Origin: a virus
Lineage: Duplodnaviria; Caudoviricetes
IMG/VR virus record: IMGVR_UViG_3300003320_000853
Direction: 5' to 3' (one strand)
DNA length: 64,000 nucleotides
Part shown: positions 47,859 to 56,375 of the stretch, in pieces
Layout of the letters: each line of letters begins with the position of its first letter
How positions within the stretch are numbered: the stretch's first letter is position 1
The notes under the pieces: model-generated
Database searches by the model: none
What the model saw: the letters and a program-made list of their open reading frames with translations, nothing else
What the model was told of the DNA's origin: nothing
Made by a program: the position numbers and the translations under genes

Positions 47859-48044
47859 ATGACGCTCAACGAGTTGCTGAAGCTGGTGCCGGAATCCGAT
47901 CGTGACCTGCCGGTGTGCCTGTACACGGGCTGGGAAGGCGATGAGCGCCTTCCGGCAACGTCCGTGAAGGTCGTCGAGGGCGAGTACCTCGACGCCCAGT
48001 GGGGCCCGCAGACGGGCCGCCACATCCTCATCTCCCCGCGTTGA
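47859..48044 (+). CDS. Small hypothetical protein
   Basis: Class A promoter at 47825. Confidence 0.75.
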   Translation: MTLNELLKLVPESDRDLPVCLYTGWEGDERLPATSVKVVEGEYLDAQWGPQTGRHILISPR

Positions 48045-48074
48045 CCTCCCAGCCCGTCCTGGAGTAGACTTCCC

Positions 48075-48258
48075 CTCGCTCCTGCAACAGGCCCGAGAGC
48101 CGGGCCGAGGACAGTGCTCGGGCCCGCAGACCCTACGTGGTCTCACCAGTGGCCCACCCAGCCAAGCTCCTCATCCCCCGGCCCTCCGACCTCGGCCCAG
48201 GAAAAAGGCTACACCGCTCACCCCGGGCCCCTTGTGGGGGTCAGGGGGTTTTTGCATT
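48075..48258 (+). ncRNA. Candidate structured non-coding RNA
   Basis: TTGACC-N16-AGTAGA promoter with no ATG at +1; stems 48090-97/48117-24 and 48102-10/48190-98; ends in a hairpin plus T-tract. Confidence 0.4.
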
Positions 48259-48299
48259 TTCATGGTTGATCGTGGTGCCCTTGGGCCTGTAGGAGGAGC

Positions 48300-48572
48300 A
48301 TGAACACGCCCTTCCAAATCCTCGCCCCCATCTACGTGAACATTGCCCAGGCGGCGGACGACCTCATCGCGAGTCTCTGCGCCCTCCGAAACCGGAACAG
48401 CTACATCGAGCGCTTGATCCTCCGCGCCATGGTCGACGAGATCACCGCCGACCGTGACGCCCTCTTGGGCGCCCTGCTGGCCCACCACGGGTGGACGGCC
48501 CAGGCCTTCGCGGATGTTGCCTGGTCGGACGAGGGCGACGCTTTCGAGGCCCTGCACGCGTACGTCGTCTGA
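48300..48572 (+). CDS. Hypothetical protein
   Basis: Class A promoter at 48266. Confidence 0.75.
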   Translation: MNTPFQILAPIYVNIAQAADDLIASLCALRNRNSYIERLILRAMVDEITADRDALLGALLAHHGWTAQAFADVAWSDEGDAFEALHAYVV

Positions 48573-48587
48573 CCTTGAGCCCCACAA

Positions 48588-48838
48588 GAGCGGTTCTGGA
48601 CGGAAGCCAGAACCGCTCGACTATCATTTCCGCCCCCGCCCGATCGCCGAAAGGTGCGTATCCAATGGATGCACACACCTCGCGCGGCGAGTTACAGGGA
48701 CGCGGTAATCCCTGATTTTTGCCTTGGCCGCCGCCCCTGCGCGGCGAGTTACAGTGGGGTGGTACGGCCCCCGATTTTTGGCCCGGCGGCTTTCTGCGTC
48801 GGACGCGATTTTTGGCCCGGCGGGATTTTTTGGCCCGG
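48588..48838. repeat. Hairpins plus iteron-like direct repeats (candidate replication origin)
   Basis: 12-bp hairpin 48588-48618; GCGCGGCGAGTTACAG x2 (48682, 48739); GATTTTT(T)GGCCCGG x3 (48773, 48807, 48824). Confidence 0.7.
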
Positions 48839-48896
48839 TGGTCTATTTCGGGAGCAACGGGATTGATTGTGATCCGTCTTGGTCTGTAGGAGAGGC

Positions 48897-49211
48897 ATGA
48901 AGACCCCGAAGACTATGAAGAAGATGGGCCCTTACAACGCGAGCTTTTGGCAGACGGACGAGAACGGCGTGGCCTTTTCGGTGTGTGTCGTTCAGCTCGT
49001 GGACGGGAAGATCGTGCGGAGCAACGCGGCGCAGTGCACCGGCTTCGAGGGGACGGTCAACTACCATCTGTACTTCATGGCCCGGAACTCGCGGTTTGGG
49101 GGCAGGCCGGTCAAGACCTTCGTCTCGCAGGGGACGGACGGTTTCATCGCCGCTTGCGGTGGGGGCATCGCCAAGGTCTTCAGGAGCTCGATCGTCAGCC
49201 CGATCGAGTGA
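48897..49211 (+). CDS. Hypothetical protein
   Basis: ATG 34 nt from TTGATT 48863. Confidence 0.75.
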   Translation: MKTPKTMKKMGPYNASFWQTDENGVAFSVCVVQLVDGKIVRSNAAQCTGFEGTVNYHLYFMARNSRFGGRPVKTFVSQGTDGFIAACGGGIAKVFRSSIVSPIE

Positions 49212-49259
49212 TTTGTCGGCGGAGGTTGATCGCCATGCTCCTCGGACTGTAGGAGGGGC

Positions 49260-49514
49260 ATGAGCACGACGACCTACGCGGTTCTTCCTCTCCACGGTGA
49301 AGCCTACGTCTCCCTGAAGAACGGGTGCCTGACGCACCTCGTCGAGATGGGGAACTTCGTGCCCCAGTGCCGGGTTAAGGCGGAGCACGTGCTGGACGAC
49401 ACGACTCAGGCGAGCCACGACGCGCCGACGTGCAAGGTGTGCGCGAAGAAGCTGGCTCGGCTGGGTCTCGTGGCGGTCGAGAAGAACGGAACCAAGTTGT
49501 GGGAGAAGGTATGA
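49260..49514 (+). CDS. Zn-binding hypothetical protein
   Basis: Class A promoter at 49226; H...C...PTCKVC. Confidence 0.7.
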   Translation: MSTTTYAVLPLHGEAYVSLKNGCLTHLVEMGNFVPQCRVKAEHVLDDTTQASHDAPTCKVCAKKLARLGLVAVEKNGTKLWEKV

Positions 49515-49765
49515 ACACGAACTGGGTGAGTTTCGGGAAGGTGGCCCGGGACCTCTGTGGGATGCAGTCGCAGTATTGCAGCCGTTACATCGACGGGCGT
49601 CTGGGAAGCCCTGGCCTGGGGGAAGGGTTGCGGTTTCGGCGGAAGGGTGGGGAGGGGTCGCTCGACGTTGCGGACTACCACTTCATCGAGATCCACCGGG
49701 ATGACGTCGAGGCGTTCGTCCGTCGGGTCACCGAGTACCGGCGTTCCATCGGGGCCATCGTCTGA
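49511..49765 (+). CDS. Hypothetical protein
   Basis: ATGA overlap. Confidence 0.7.
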   Translation: MNTNWVSFGKVARDLCGMQSQYCSRYIDGRLGSPGLGEGLRFRRKGGEGSLDVADYHFIEIHRDDVEAFVRRVTEYRRSIGAIV

Positions 49766-50100
49766 TGGCTGGGGAGAGTGAGATGGCCACGGCATTGTGC
49801 CCCGGGATGGTTCTCTGTCGGACGCGTCCGGGCTCGTACGAGGTCTGCATCATCCGTAGCCCTGCGCAGTACCCTTTGGAGGGGGCCTGGACGGCGGTCC
49901 TTGGGGAGATCGATGCGCCCCCGCTTTGCGGTCTCTTCGAGCTTTGGCCGGAGAGTGTGCCTCGCGTTTGGCGGCGGGCGACGGCGGAGGAAGCGGCCAA
50001 GGTGCGGGCTCTCTACCTCGACCACGCGAAGACGTGTGGCCGGAGATGTGCGGGGTGGATCGCGAAGACGATCCCGCCCGACGAAAATGTGGGTCGTTGA
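49765..50100 (+). CDS. Hypothetical protein
   Basis: TGATG overlap. Confidence 0.6.
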   Translation: MAGESEMATALCPGMVLCRTRPGSYEVCIIRSPAQYPLEGAWTAVLGEIDAPPLCGLFELWPESVPRVWRRATAEEAAKVRALYLDHAKTCGRRCAGWIAKTIPPDENVGR

Positions 50101-50134
50101 TTGATCGGGAGAGGCTTCGGTCTGTAGGAGGGGT

Positions 50135-50320
50135 ATGAGCACCGAGACCAAGAAGACGACGCGAGACGATGTGATGGCCCTGATCAAGAGGGCGGAGCAG
50201 GAGAAGGCCCGGACGAAGTACATCAGCCAGTCGACGCTCCGCCGGATCTCCAGCGCGGGCTTCGAGTCCGGGATGGACCACGCGGAGTACCTCAAGCTGA
50301 CCGCGCATCTGTACAAGTGA
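50135..50320 (+). CDS. Small hypothetical protein
   Basis: Class A promoter at 50101. Confidence 0.7.
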   Translation: MSTETKKTTRDDVMALIKRAEQEKARTKYISQSTLRRISSAGFESGMDHAEYLKLTAHLYK

Positions 50321-50355
50321 TTGATCGGCGAACCCCCAACCTTGTAGGAGACACC

Positions 50356-50718
50356 ATGAACCCCGAGCGTGAAGCGATGGATGCCGAGTTCGGCGCTTTC
50401 GAGAACGAGTTCCAGGCGGCGTTTGCCCTCTCCCAGATGGAGGCGCCCGCGGACGACCGTGCGGAGATCGAGCGGGCGGTGAAGGCGGGCCGCTTCGTGG
50501 TGGTGGCTTCGACGCCCCGCTACTGCGCCCTGACGGACGCCCTCATGGGCGAGTTTCTCACCCTTCTCTCGGAGCACTCGACGTTCGAGGAGGCCGAGGC
50601 GGCCATGGTCAACGCCCTGGACGAGGGGGACGTGTGGTACACGGTGCGCGGGCCGAAGGCGGCGCCGGCCACCGTGGTGCCGTCGGGCGACGAGGACGAG
50701 GACAACATCCCGTTTTGA
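50356..50718 (+). CDS. Acidic protein ending in an SSB-tail-like motif (DEDEDNIPF*)
   Basis: Class A promoter at 50321; C-terminus resembles SSB DFDDDIPF. Confidence 0.75.
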   Translation: MNPEREAMDAEFGAFENEFQAAFALSQMEAPADDRAEIERAVKAGRFVVVASTPRYCALTDALMGEFLTLLSEHSTFEEAEAAMVNALDEGDVWYTVRGPKAAPATVVPSGDEDEDNIPF

Positions 50719-51233
50719 TGGGCCTGGCGATGAAGGTCATCACGTACATCTCCCCGGGCGATTTCACCGCCGAGGACACGCTCGTCTGGGACGTCGTTCG
50801 TCGGGAAGCTCGTCGCCTTGGGCTTCCTGACGAGCTCTACATCGTCAACACGGGCCGCCGGAACCCGGCGGCTCTCAACCGTATCTGCGCCGTGCTGGAG
50901 GTGACTGTCGGAGTGCACGGGTTCCAGGTTGTCGGGCCACGACACCCATTGTTCCAGGCACTCCACTTCGACAGGCAGCTCCGGATCGGGCGGATGACCG
51001 TCCGGGATGATGGGATCGTCCAGGTGCGGCCCCGTGTCTGGTCGAGCATCAACGCCGATTTCCGGGACGATCAGGACAACCTCGACGACGAAGCCATGTT
51101 CCCTGGGATCAAAGAGTTCAAGCTCACGGCGCGGCAGATGTCCGACCTCGGGATGGACGAGGTCGAGGAGGAGCCGGCGCCATCGGTGCGGCCCACGGCG
51201 TGGTCGCGTCTCTTGGAAGACGATGCGTTGTGA
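50718..51233 (+). CDS. Hypothetical protein with C-terminal tag (RPTAWSRLLEDDAL*)
   Basis: TGATG overlap; tag. Confidence 0.75.
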   Translation: MGLAMKVITYISPGDFTAEDTLVWDVVRREARRLGLPDELYIVNTGRRNPAALNRICAVLEVTVGVHGFQVVGPRHPLFQALHFDRQLRIGRMTVRDDGIVQVRPRVWSSINADFRDDQDNLDDEAMFPGIKEFKLTARQMSDLGMDEVEEEPAPSVRPTAWSRLLEDDAL

Positions 51234-51562
51234 CCGATCGGGAGCCGACCTACACTGTAGTTTTCTTACCGCATGATGGTCGGCAGCCCTGGCGTCGGGA
51301 CAACCTGACGTTGGAGCGGGCGGCCTACTTCTGCGGGCGGGATGCGGTAGAGGCGCTCTTGGTCGTGCGGAACCAGGAGCCGACGGACGGCCGCGAGTGG
51401 CCTTGGTGGCCGCTCTTGAGGCGTCTCGGTTTGATCCCGCTGGCGATCCACCCGCGCATCGTGGGGCACGTCTCTCTTCGTGGTGTCGTGGTGATCGGGT
51501 ACATTCCGCCATTGCTGGCTCCTACCTCGTGGGAGCATTTGCTGGGGGAGTCACAGCTATGA
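51230..51562 (+). CDS. Hypothetical protein with C-terminal tag (APTSWEHLLGESQL*)
   Basis: GTGA overlap; tag. Confidence 0.7.
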   Translation: MTDREPTYTVVFLPHDGRQPWRRDNLTLERAAYFCGRDAVEALLVVRNQEPTDGREWPWWPLLRRLGLIPLAIHPRIVGHVSLRGVVVIGYIPPLLAPTSWEHLLGESQL

Positions 51563-51789
51563 ACTACACGGCAATTTTTCACGGGACCCGAAGGGTATCT
51601 CGGGTCGAGGTGGCGTCGATCCCTGACGTCCAGACGAAGCTCATGCGGCTGAACGAGGCGGCCAAGGCGCCGTTCTACGCTGAGCTGTACTCGGGAGACA
51701 AGCTCGTGGCGCGGGTCTATCCGAAGAGTGTTGCGTGGGTCGAGCGACCGGACGCGTGGGCGCATCTTTTGGCCGACGACGGGCTCTAG
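51559..51789 (+). CDS. Hypothetical protein with C-terminal tag (RPDAWAHLLADDGL*)
   Basis: ATGA overlap; tag. Confidence 0.75.
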   Translation: MNYTAIFHGTRRVSRVEVASIPDVQTKLMRLNEAAKAPFYAELYSGDKLVARVYPKSVAWVERPDAWAHLLADDGL

Positions 51790-51824
51790 GTTGATCGGGG
51801 AGGGATCCGGACTGTAGGAGAGGC

Positions 51825-52103
51825 ATGAACACGCCGCGCATCATCGACGCCAAGGTCACCAACGAGAACGGCCGCTACGTGGTCACGCCCGTGTGGAGCG
51901 GGGTGGATCGTCCCGAGACGGGGAGCATCAGCACGGGGAAGACCAGCACGCTCGCTTTCCGGCTGGCCCAGGCGATGAAGTCGGGCCAGGCCTACGAGCG
52001 CGTCGAGGTCGTGACGGACGTGAACGGCAAGACGTTCGTTTCGGCCCTGCCTCGCTTCCGCGGGCGGTGTCTGAACGCCGATCTTCTGCGTCTTGGGTTC
52101 TAG
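51825..52103 (+). CDS. Hypothetical protein
   Basis: Class A promoter at 51791. Confidence 0.75.
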   Translation: MNTPRIIDAKVTNENGRYVVTPVWSGVDRPETGSISTGKTSTLAFRLAQAMKSGQAYERVEVVTDVNGKTFVSALPRFRGRCLNADLLRLGF

Positions 52104-52106
52104 GCC

Positions 52107-52427
52107 ATGCTTGGCAGGCCTCTCGCGGAGATCCGATACATCGTGGTCTTCGTCCCGGTCGAGGCCGGCGAGCAGGTTCCTGCGGGTACATGGTTTGATG
52201 AAGGGCTCTCGATCTCCGAGATCGACCGCATCTGCAAGTCTACGCCGGCCCGGGCTTCGCTCTTCCAGATGGAGGACGTCGCTCGGGTCAAGCGTCTCGC
52301 CATCATCCCCCATGGGGGGATCGGACCAGGCGAGGTCTACCAGCTTCAGTGGGCGGAACAGGAGCGATTCAAGCGGGAGAGTAGGGACACAGGGTGGGCC
52401 CAACTTCTTCGAGACGAATTTGGGTGA
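52107..52427 (+). CDS. Hypothetical protein with C-terminal tag (RDTGWAQLLRDEFG*)
   Basis: Operonic; tag variant. Confidence 0.7.
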   Translation: MLGRPLAEIRYIVVFVPVEAGEQVPAGTWFDEGLSISEIDRICKSTPARASLFQMEDVARVKRLAIIPHGGIGPGEVYQLQWAEQERFKRESRDTGWAQLLRDEFG

Positions 52428-52450
52428 CGTCCTAGGTGTAGAACCCGCAG

Positions 52451-52747
52451 ATGGATGTTGACGCCGTTCTGGCTCCGCTCCGAGATGCCGGACTCATCTA
52501 CGCGTATGACGAGTTTCGGGGAAATATCCACGTTCATGGGGGGCGTCACGAGTGGAACGTCACCGCAGGGCCCTTCAAAGCCCGGGTTCAGGGGTGGGAA
52601 GACCCTTTCATGATCTACGGCAAGCCCGACAAGCTCATGGTCGTGGTCGCGGCCGTGCAGACGCACCCTTGGGACGAAGAGCAGGAGTGCTCGTCCCTGG
52701 AGGAAGCCGTTCGATTCGTCCTCCAGGTGTATGCGGGCCGGGTTTAG
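52451..52747 (+). CDS. Hypothetical protein
   Basis: Class B 16 nt upstream. Confidence 0.7.
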   Translation: MDVDAVLAPLRDAGLIYAYDEFRGNIHVHGGRHEWNVTAGPFKARVQGWEDPFMIYGKPDKLMVVVAAVQTHPWDEEQECSSLEEAVRFVLQVYAGRV

Positions 52748-52793
52748 TCGTCGTTTGTGTTGATCGTCGTCGGCGGCGTCTTGTAGAGGGGAC

Positions 52794-53129
52794 ATGGACA
52801 CCAAGAAGCGCGACGAGATCATCCAGAAGCTGGCGACCTACATCCTCCACTACTGCCCGATGGGGGCGTTGCAGCGGGGGGAGGTATGTGACGTGGCCCT
52901 CTGCTATCCCCGGAAATCCGGGTTCAACGGAACGATCACGGCGCAAGAGGTCAAGCGCCTGGCAGACGGGAGCCTGCTCGACCTCTCCCTCAAGGACATC
53001 AAGGCGGTCGCGACGAGCAGGAAGCTCGCTCGTCTCGTCGGGGTGTACCGGACGAGCTTCATCAAGGCGACCAGCTCGAAGGACAAGGGGTCGATCCGGC
53101 TCAGCCAGCGCGGGCCTGGGGGTTCCTGA
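52794..53129 (+). CDS. Hypothetical protein
   Basis: Class A promoter at 52760. Confidence 0.75.
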   Translation: MDTKKRDEIIQKLATYILHYCPMGALQRGEVCDVALCYPRKSGFNGTITAQEVKRLADGSLLDLSLKDIKAVATSRKLARLVGVYRTSFIKATSSKDKGSIRLSQRGPGGS

Positions 53130-53148
53130 TGCGGTGTACCCAAGAACC

Positions 53149-53712
53149 ATGAGGATCTACATCGGAACGAAGCCGGGGAACGTGAAGGACTACGCGATGC
53201 GGGACGCCAAGTGGCGGTTCGCCGCCCCGAGCAGCATCACGTGCAAGCCGGTCGGGTCGATCGTGCCCGAGCAGCCGTGGGGGCTGGAGGAGACGACCAT
53301 CGGCGCCGAGTATCGCGCCTCAGAGACCGAGCTCGCCGTCTGCAACGGTCGCTCGCTGGAGCCCGACGAGGTCTGCATCGGGTGCGAGAACGGCATCTGG
53401 ACGCTCGTCCAGAGCGCGGATCCCGAGAAGTGCGTCTACATCGACCCGGCCGTCATCGTGGCTCGCACCGCCAAGGGCGTCTTCCACACGGTGAGCATGG
53501 GGATCCAGGTGCCGACCAAGTACGTCCTGGAGGCCAAGGAGATCCTGGCAAGCGGCGACAAGGACATCACGGTCGGCAAGGTCATTGCCAAGCACCTCGG
53601 GTGCGATCACACCGACTGGCACCACGCGATCACGCACGGGCGCTACAGCCGCCGGACGATTCTCGGCGAGGCGTTCTACTCCCTGCTCTCGCAGATCCCC
53701 GATCTCGGTTGA
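53149..53712 (+). CDS. Inosine/xanthosine triphosphatase (YjjX-like)
   Basis: IYIGT...VK, SIVPEQPWGLEETTIGAEYRA, IGCENGI, ITHGRYSR. Confidence 0.8.
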   Translation: MRIYIGTKPGNVKDYAMRDAKWRFAAPSSITCKPVGSIVPEQPWGLEETTIGAEYRASETELAVCNGRSLEPDEVCIGCENGIWTLVQSADPEKCVYIDPAVIVARTAKGVFHTVSMGIQVPTKYVLEAKEILASGDKDITVGKVIAKHLGCDHTDWHHAITHGRYSRRTILGEAFYSLLSQIPDLG

Positions 53713-53745
53713 TCGTGCGGTCTCGGCTCCTGTAGGAGTAGAATC

Positions 53746-54021
53746 ATGAACATCACGTCCCCGAAATCCATCTTCGTCGTCGTGGGCCACACGGGCAAGT
53801 ACGACGACGCGACCTCTTGGAACGTCGGTGCGTCCCGGAACGTCCACAGGGCGAACGCGCTCCGCGACCGACTGAACGAGTGGTGCAAGGCGAACGGCTT
53901 CGACCCGTCGCGCAACGGCATCGTGTACACCTCGGAGAAGCCCGAGGAAGACCCTCAGTTCATCTGCCTCGACGGCACGTCCTACACGGTCGACGAGATC
54001 CCGGATCTCGACGTCGATTGA
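53746..54021 (+). CDS. Hypothetical protein, paralogue of the C-terminal domain of 36607-37191
   Basis: Class A promoter at 53709. Confidence 0.75.
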   Translation: MNITSPKSIFVVVGHTGKYDDATSWNVGASRNVHRANALRDRLNEWCKANGFDPSRNGIVYTSEKPEEDPQFICLDGTSYTVDEIPDLDVD

Positions 54022-54051
54022 TCCGCTGACCCCTTTCTCTGTAGAGGGGTC

Positions 54052-54201
54052 ATGCTCGTCATCCTTCCCTCGGTCAAGCGCATGAGCGACGCTCAACTCG
54101 TGGCGGAGCTTCTCTCCTATCAGGGGATCGTCCTCTCGAAAGAGGCGCGCCGCCGCCGGAACCGGGTGGCCCAAGAGATCGATCGGAGGATCCATGTGTG
54201 A
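54052..54201 (+). CDS. 49-aa protein, paralogue of 54909-55160
   Basis: ATG 34 nt from TTGATC 54018; MSDAQLVAELLSY...RRNRVAQEIDRRI. Confidence 0.7.
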   Translation: MLVILPSVKRMSDAQLVAELLSYQGIVLSKEARRRRNRVAQEIDRRIHV

Positions 54202-54574
54202 CTTGCGCGTAGGCTATTACGTCGGAGAATATTTCACAGCGTACGACTGGGATGCCAAGAAGGTGAGGCGCTGGATCTGCGTCGCCTACGATCCCAACGT
54301 CGACTACTTCTGCACGACGGTCGACGACCTCGGTCCGCAGCGGCTGACGGACATCAGCATCCGGGCCATCGGCCGCACGTGGCACGAAACGTTCGAAGCA
54401 GACTTCCACGACCCCGCGCTTCTCGTCTTCGTGGTGCAGTCTGCGCAGAAGGGGAACGCGGATTTCGGGAACGACCCCCGGATCGCGGCGCTTTCCGAGA
54501 GTGATCGGCAGCTTCTGTCCAGGGTGTATGAAGGATCGTACGCTTCCTTCAAGAAGTGGGGACGGTTGGGTTGA
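54194..54574 (+). CDS. Hypothetical protein
   Basis: Stop inside next class A box. Confidence 0.7.
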   Translation: MCDLRVGYYVGEYFTAYDWDAKKVRRWICVAYDPNVDYFCTTVDDLGPQRLTDISIRAIGRTWHETFEADFHDPALLVFVVQSAQKGNADFGNDPRIAALSESDRQLLSRVYEGSYASFKKWGRLG

Positions 54575-54604
54575 TAGAAAACACCCTCCCTCTGTAGAAC
54601 ACCC

Positions 54605-54895
54605 ATGATGACGATCATCCCCTCCGACACCCACACCACGGTCACCTTCTCCGGGAACCTCATGGTGGACGGGCAGGGCCTCATGGGCGAGGCCGAGGCG
54701 TTCATCAAGAACGTCGAGGGTGATGTCGTGATCGACATCACGGCGGTCACCGAGCTGGGCATCCAGGGTGCATGGCTCGTCGCTTCGATGTGGAAGTCGG
54801 CGCCGCGGTGGACGATGATCACCATCCGCGCGACTCCGCGCTATGCGCCCCTCTTCAAGCTCATCCGCATCCGGGCGGATGTCCTGGCGGTGTAA
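54605..54895 (+). CDS. STAS-like (anti-anti-sigma-like) protein
   Basis: VTFSGNL...VVIDITAVTELGIQGAWL...PLFKLI follows the STAS pattern. Confidence 0.55.
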   Translation: MMTIIPSDTHTTVTFSGNLMVDGQGLMGEAEAFIKNVEGDVVIDITAVTELGIQGAWLVASMWKSAPRWTMITIRATPRYAPLFKLIRIRADVLAV

Positions 54896-54908
54896 CCTGG
54901 GGGTCGCC

Positions 54909-55160
54909 ATGAGCGACCCCTTCGTTCTTGCTGAGACGGCCTTCCTCGACGCACAGCGCGCCCATGAGGAAGTCCCCTCGATCCCCGTCAGGATGATGCC
55001 TACGTCGGCGCTGATCGCCGAGCTGGTATCCTATCTCATGGAAGTCAGGGAACGAGATGGCATCGTCGAGCTCGGATGGGGGGACAGGCCACTGATCGCC
55101 GAGATCAAGGCGCGCCGGAACGCCGTGTGTGCCGAGATCGACGCGAGGATCCCGAGGTAG
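54909..55160 (+). CDS. Hypothetical protein
   Basis: Class B upstream; ALIAELVSY...RRNAVCAEIDARI. Confidence 0.7.
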   Translation: MSDPFVLAETAFLDAQRAHEEVPSIPVRMMPTSALIAELVSYLMEVRERDGIVELGWGDRPLIAEIKARRNAVCAEIDARIPR

Positions 55161-55163
55161 GTC

Positions 55164-56345
55164 ATGAACGCAGGACAGAAGCTCTACGAGGCGCACGGCA
55201 TCCTTCGGGAGTGCTTCGGCGACAATGGGGTATGGGCCGATCCGAGCCGGTACCGCCGGCAGTGCTGGACGCGGGACTTCGGGCTCGCCATACAGCCCCT
55301 CCTCCTCACGTTCGCGGAACGCGACTCGATGCACAGAAGAGCAGGGAACTGCGATTCGGCGGAGCAGACGATCGCCGAGCGGCACCTTTGTAGTCTCGAA
55401 GCCAGGCAGCGGCCGGACGGCCAGATCCCGATCGTCTTCCTCGACGGATGGCGCGGGCATGCCCGCTTCCTCTCCGACAAGATCGCGAGGAGCCTCCGGG
55501 ACAGGAAGCTCTCCTTCATGCTCGGGCGCTACCTCCAGGGGCAGCTCGGACAGCTCACCCCTGGGACGCGGGACAGCGAGCTCCTCTACATCGTCGCGGC
55601 TCTCGAACATGCGGAAAGAACCGGCCTGTTCCCGGTCTCCATGGATTCGATCAAGCTGGCGATGCGGTACATCAAGAGGAACCTGCTCGACTCGCGGGGC
55701 CTGCTCCTCGGCGCCGATTGGCGGGACACGATGCACCTCCAGCTCCGGGAGAAGCCGCTCCTCACGAACAATGCGCTCCTCTTTCACGCCTACGATCTCT
55801 TGTCGCGGCACGGCGACAACAAGTCGTTCTGGGAGACGCAGGCGCATCTCCAGCGCGATCTCATCAACAAGGTCTTCTGGGATGGCAGCCTCCTCCAGGA
55901 CTGGCCGAGGAACAACAACTCGAAGCAGCGGTTCGACCCCCTCGGGGCGAGTCTCGCCGTGCTCTTCGACGTCATCCCGCCCGAGCGGTACGCTGATGTG
56001 TGGAAGGGGTTCGATTCCGTGGACTCGCCCTACGGGGTGACGATCAGGTGCCGTCACAACCCGGTTCGTCCCGAGGAGGGGGCGATCATCGAGCGGACGG
56101 ATGGCCAGGTCATCTGGCCATTCGTGGTCGGCTTCGCCGCGATGGCGATGGACAAGATGGCCAAGAAGACGGGCTTGAACCCCTTCGAGGCGAGTCGGCA
56201 GCTCTACAAGCTCTACAACCTCGAAGGCTTCCGCGAATGGTACGACCCGGCGACGGGGAAGGGCTATGGGGCCCAGCGCCAGCTCTGGTCGGCGACCCTC
56301 TTCACGCGGGCCTACCTCGCGATCAATCCTGACTCCATCGGTTGA
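55164..56345 (+). CDS. Six-hairpin glycoside hydrolase (amylo-alpha-1,6-glucosidase / GH100-like)
   Basis: CWTRD, QRPDGQIP, DSELLY, DWRD, IWPFV, FREWYD...G-x-G...QLWSA. Confidence 0.8.
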   Translation: MNAGQKLYEAHGILRECFGDNGVWADPSRYRRQCWTRDFGLAIQPLLLTFAERDSMHRRAGNCDSAEQTIAERHLCSLEARQRPDGQIPIVFLDGWRGHARFLSDKIARSLRDRKLSFMLGRYLQGQLGQLTPGTRDSELLYIVAALEHAERTGLFPVSMDSIKLAMRYIKRNLLDSRGLLLGADWRDTMHLQLREKPLLTNNALLFHAYDLLSRHGDNKSFWETQAHLQRDLINKVFWDGSLLQDWPRNNNSKQRFDPLGASLAVLFDVIPPERYADVWKGFDSVDSPYGVTIRCRHNPVRPEEGAIIERTDGQVIWPFVVGFAAMAMDKMAKKTGLNPFEASRQLYKLYNLEGFREWYDPATGKGYGAQRQLWSATLFTRAYLAINPDSIG

Positions 56346-56375
56346 CTGGTCCGGCCGTTCGATTGTAGAACGGCC

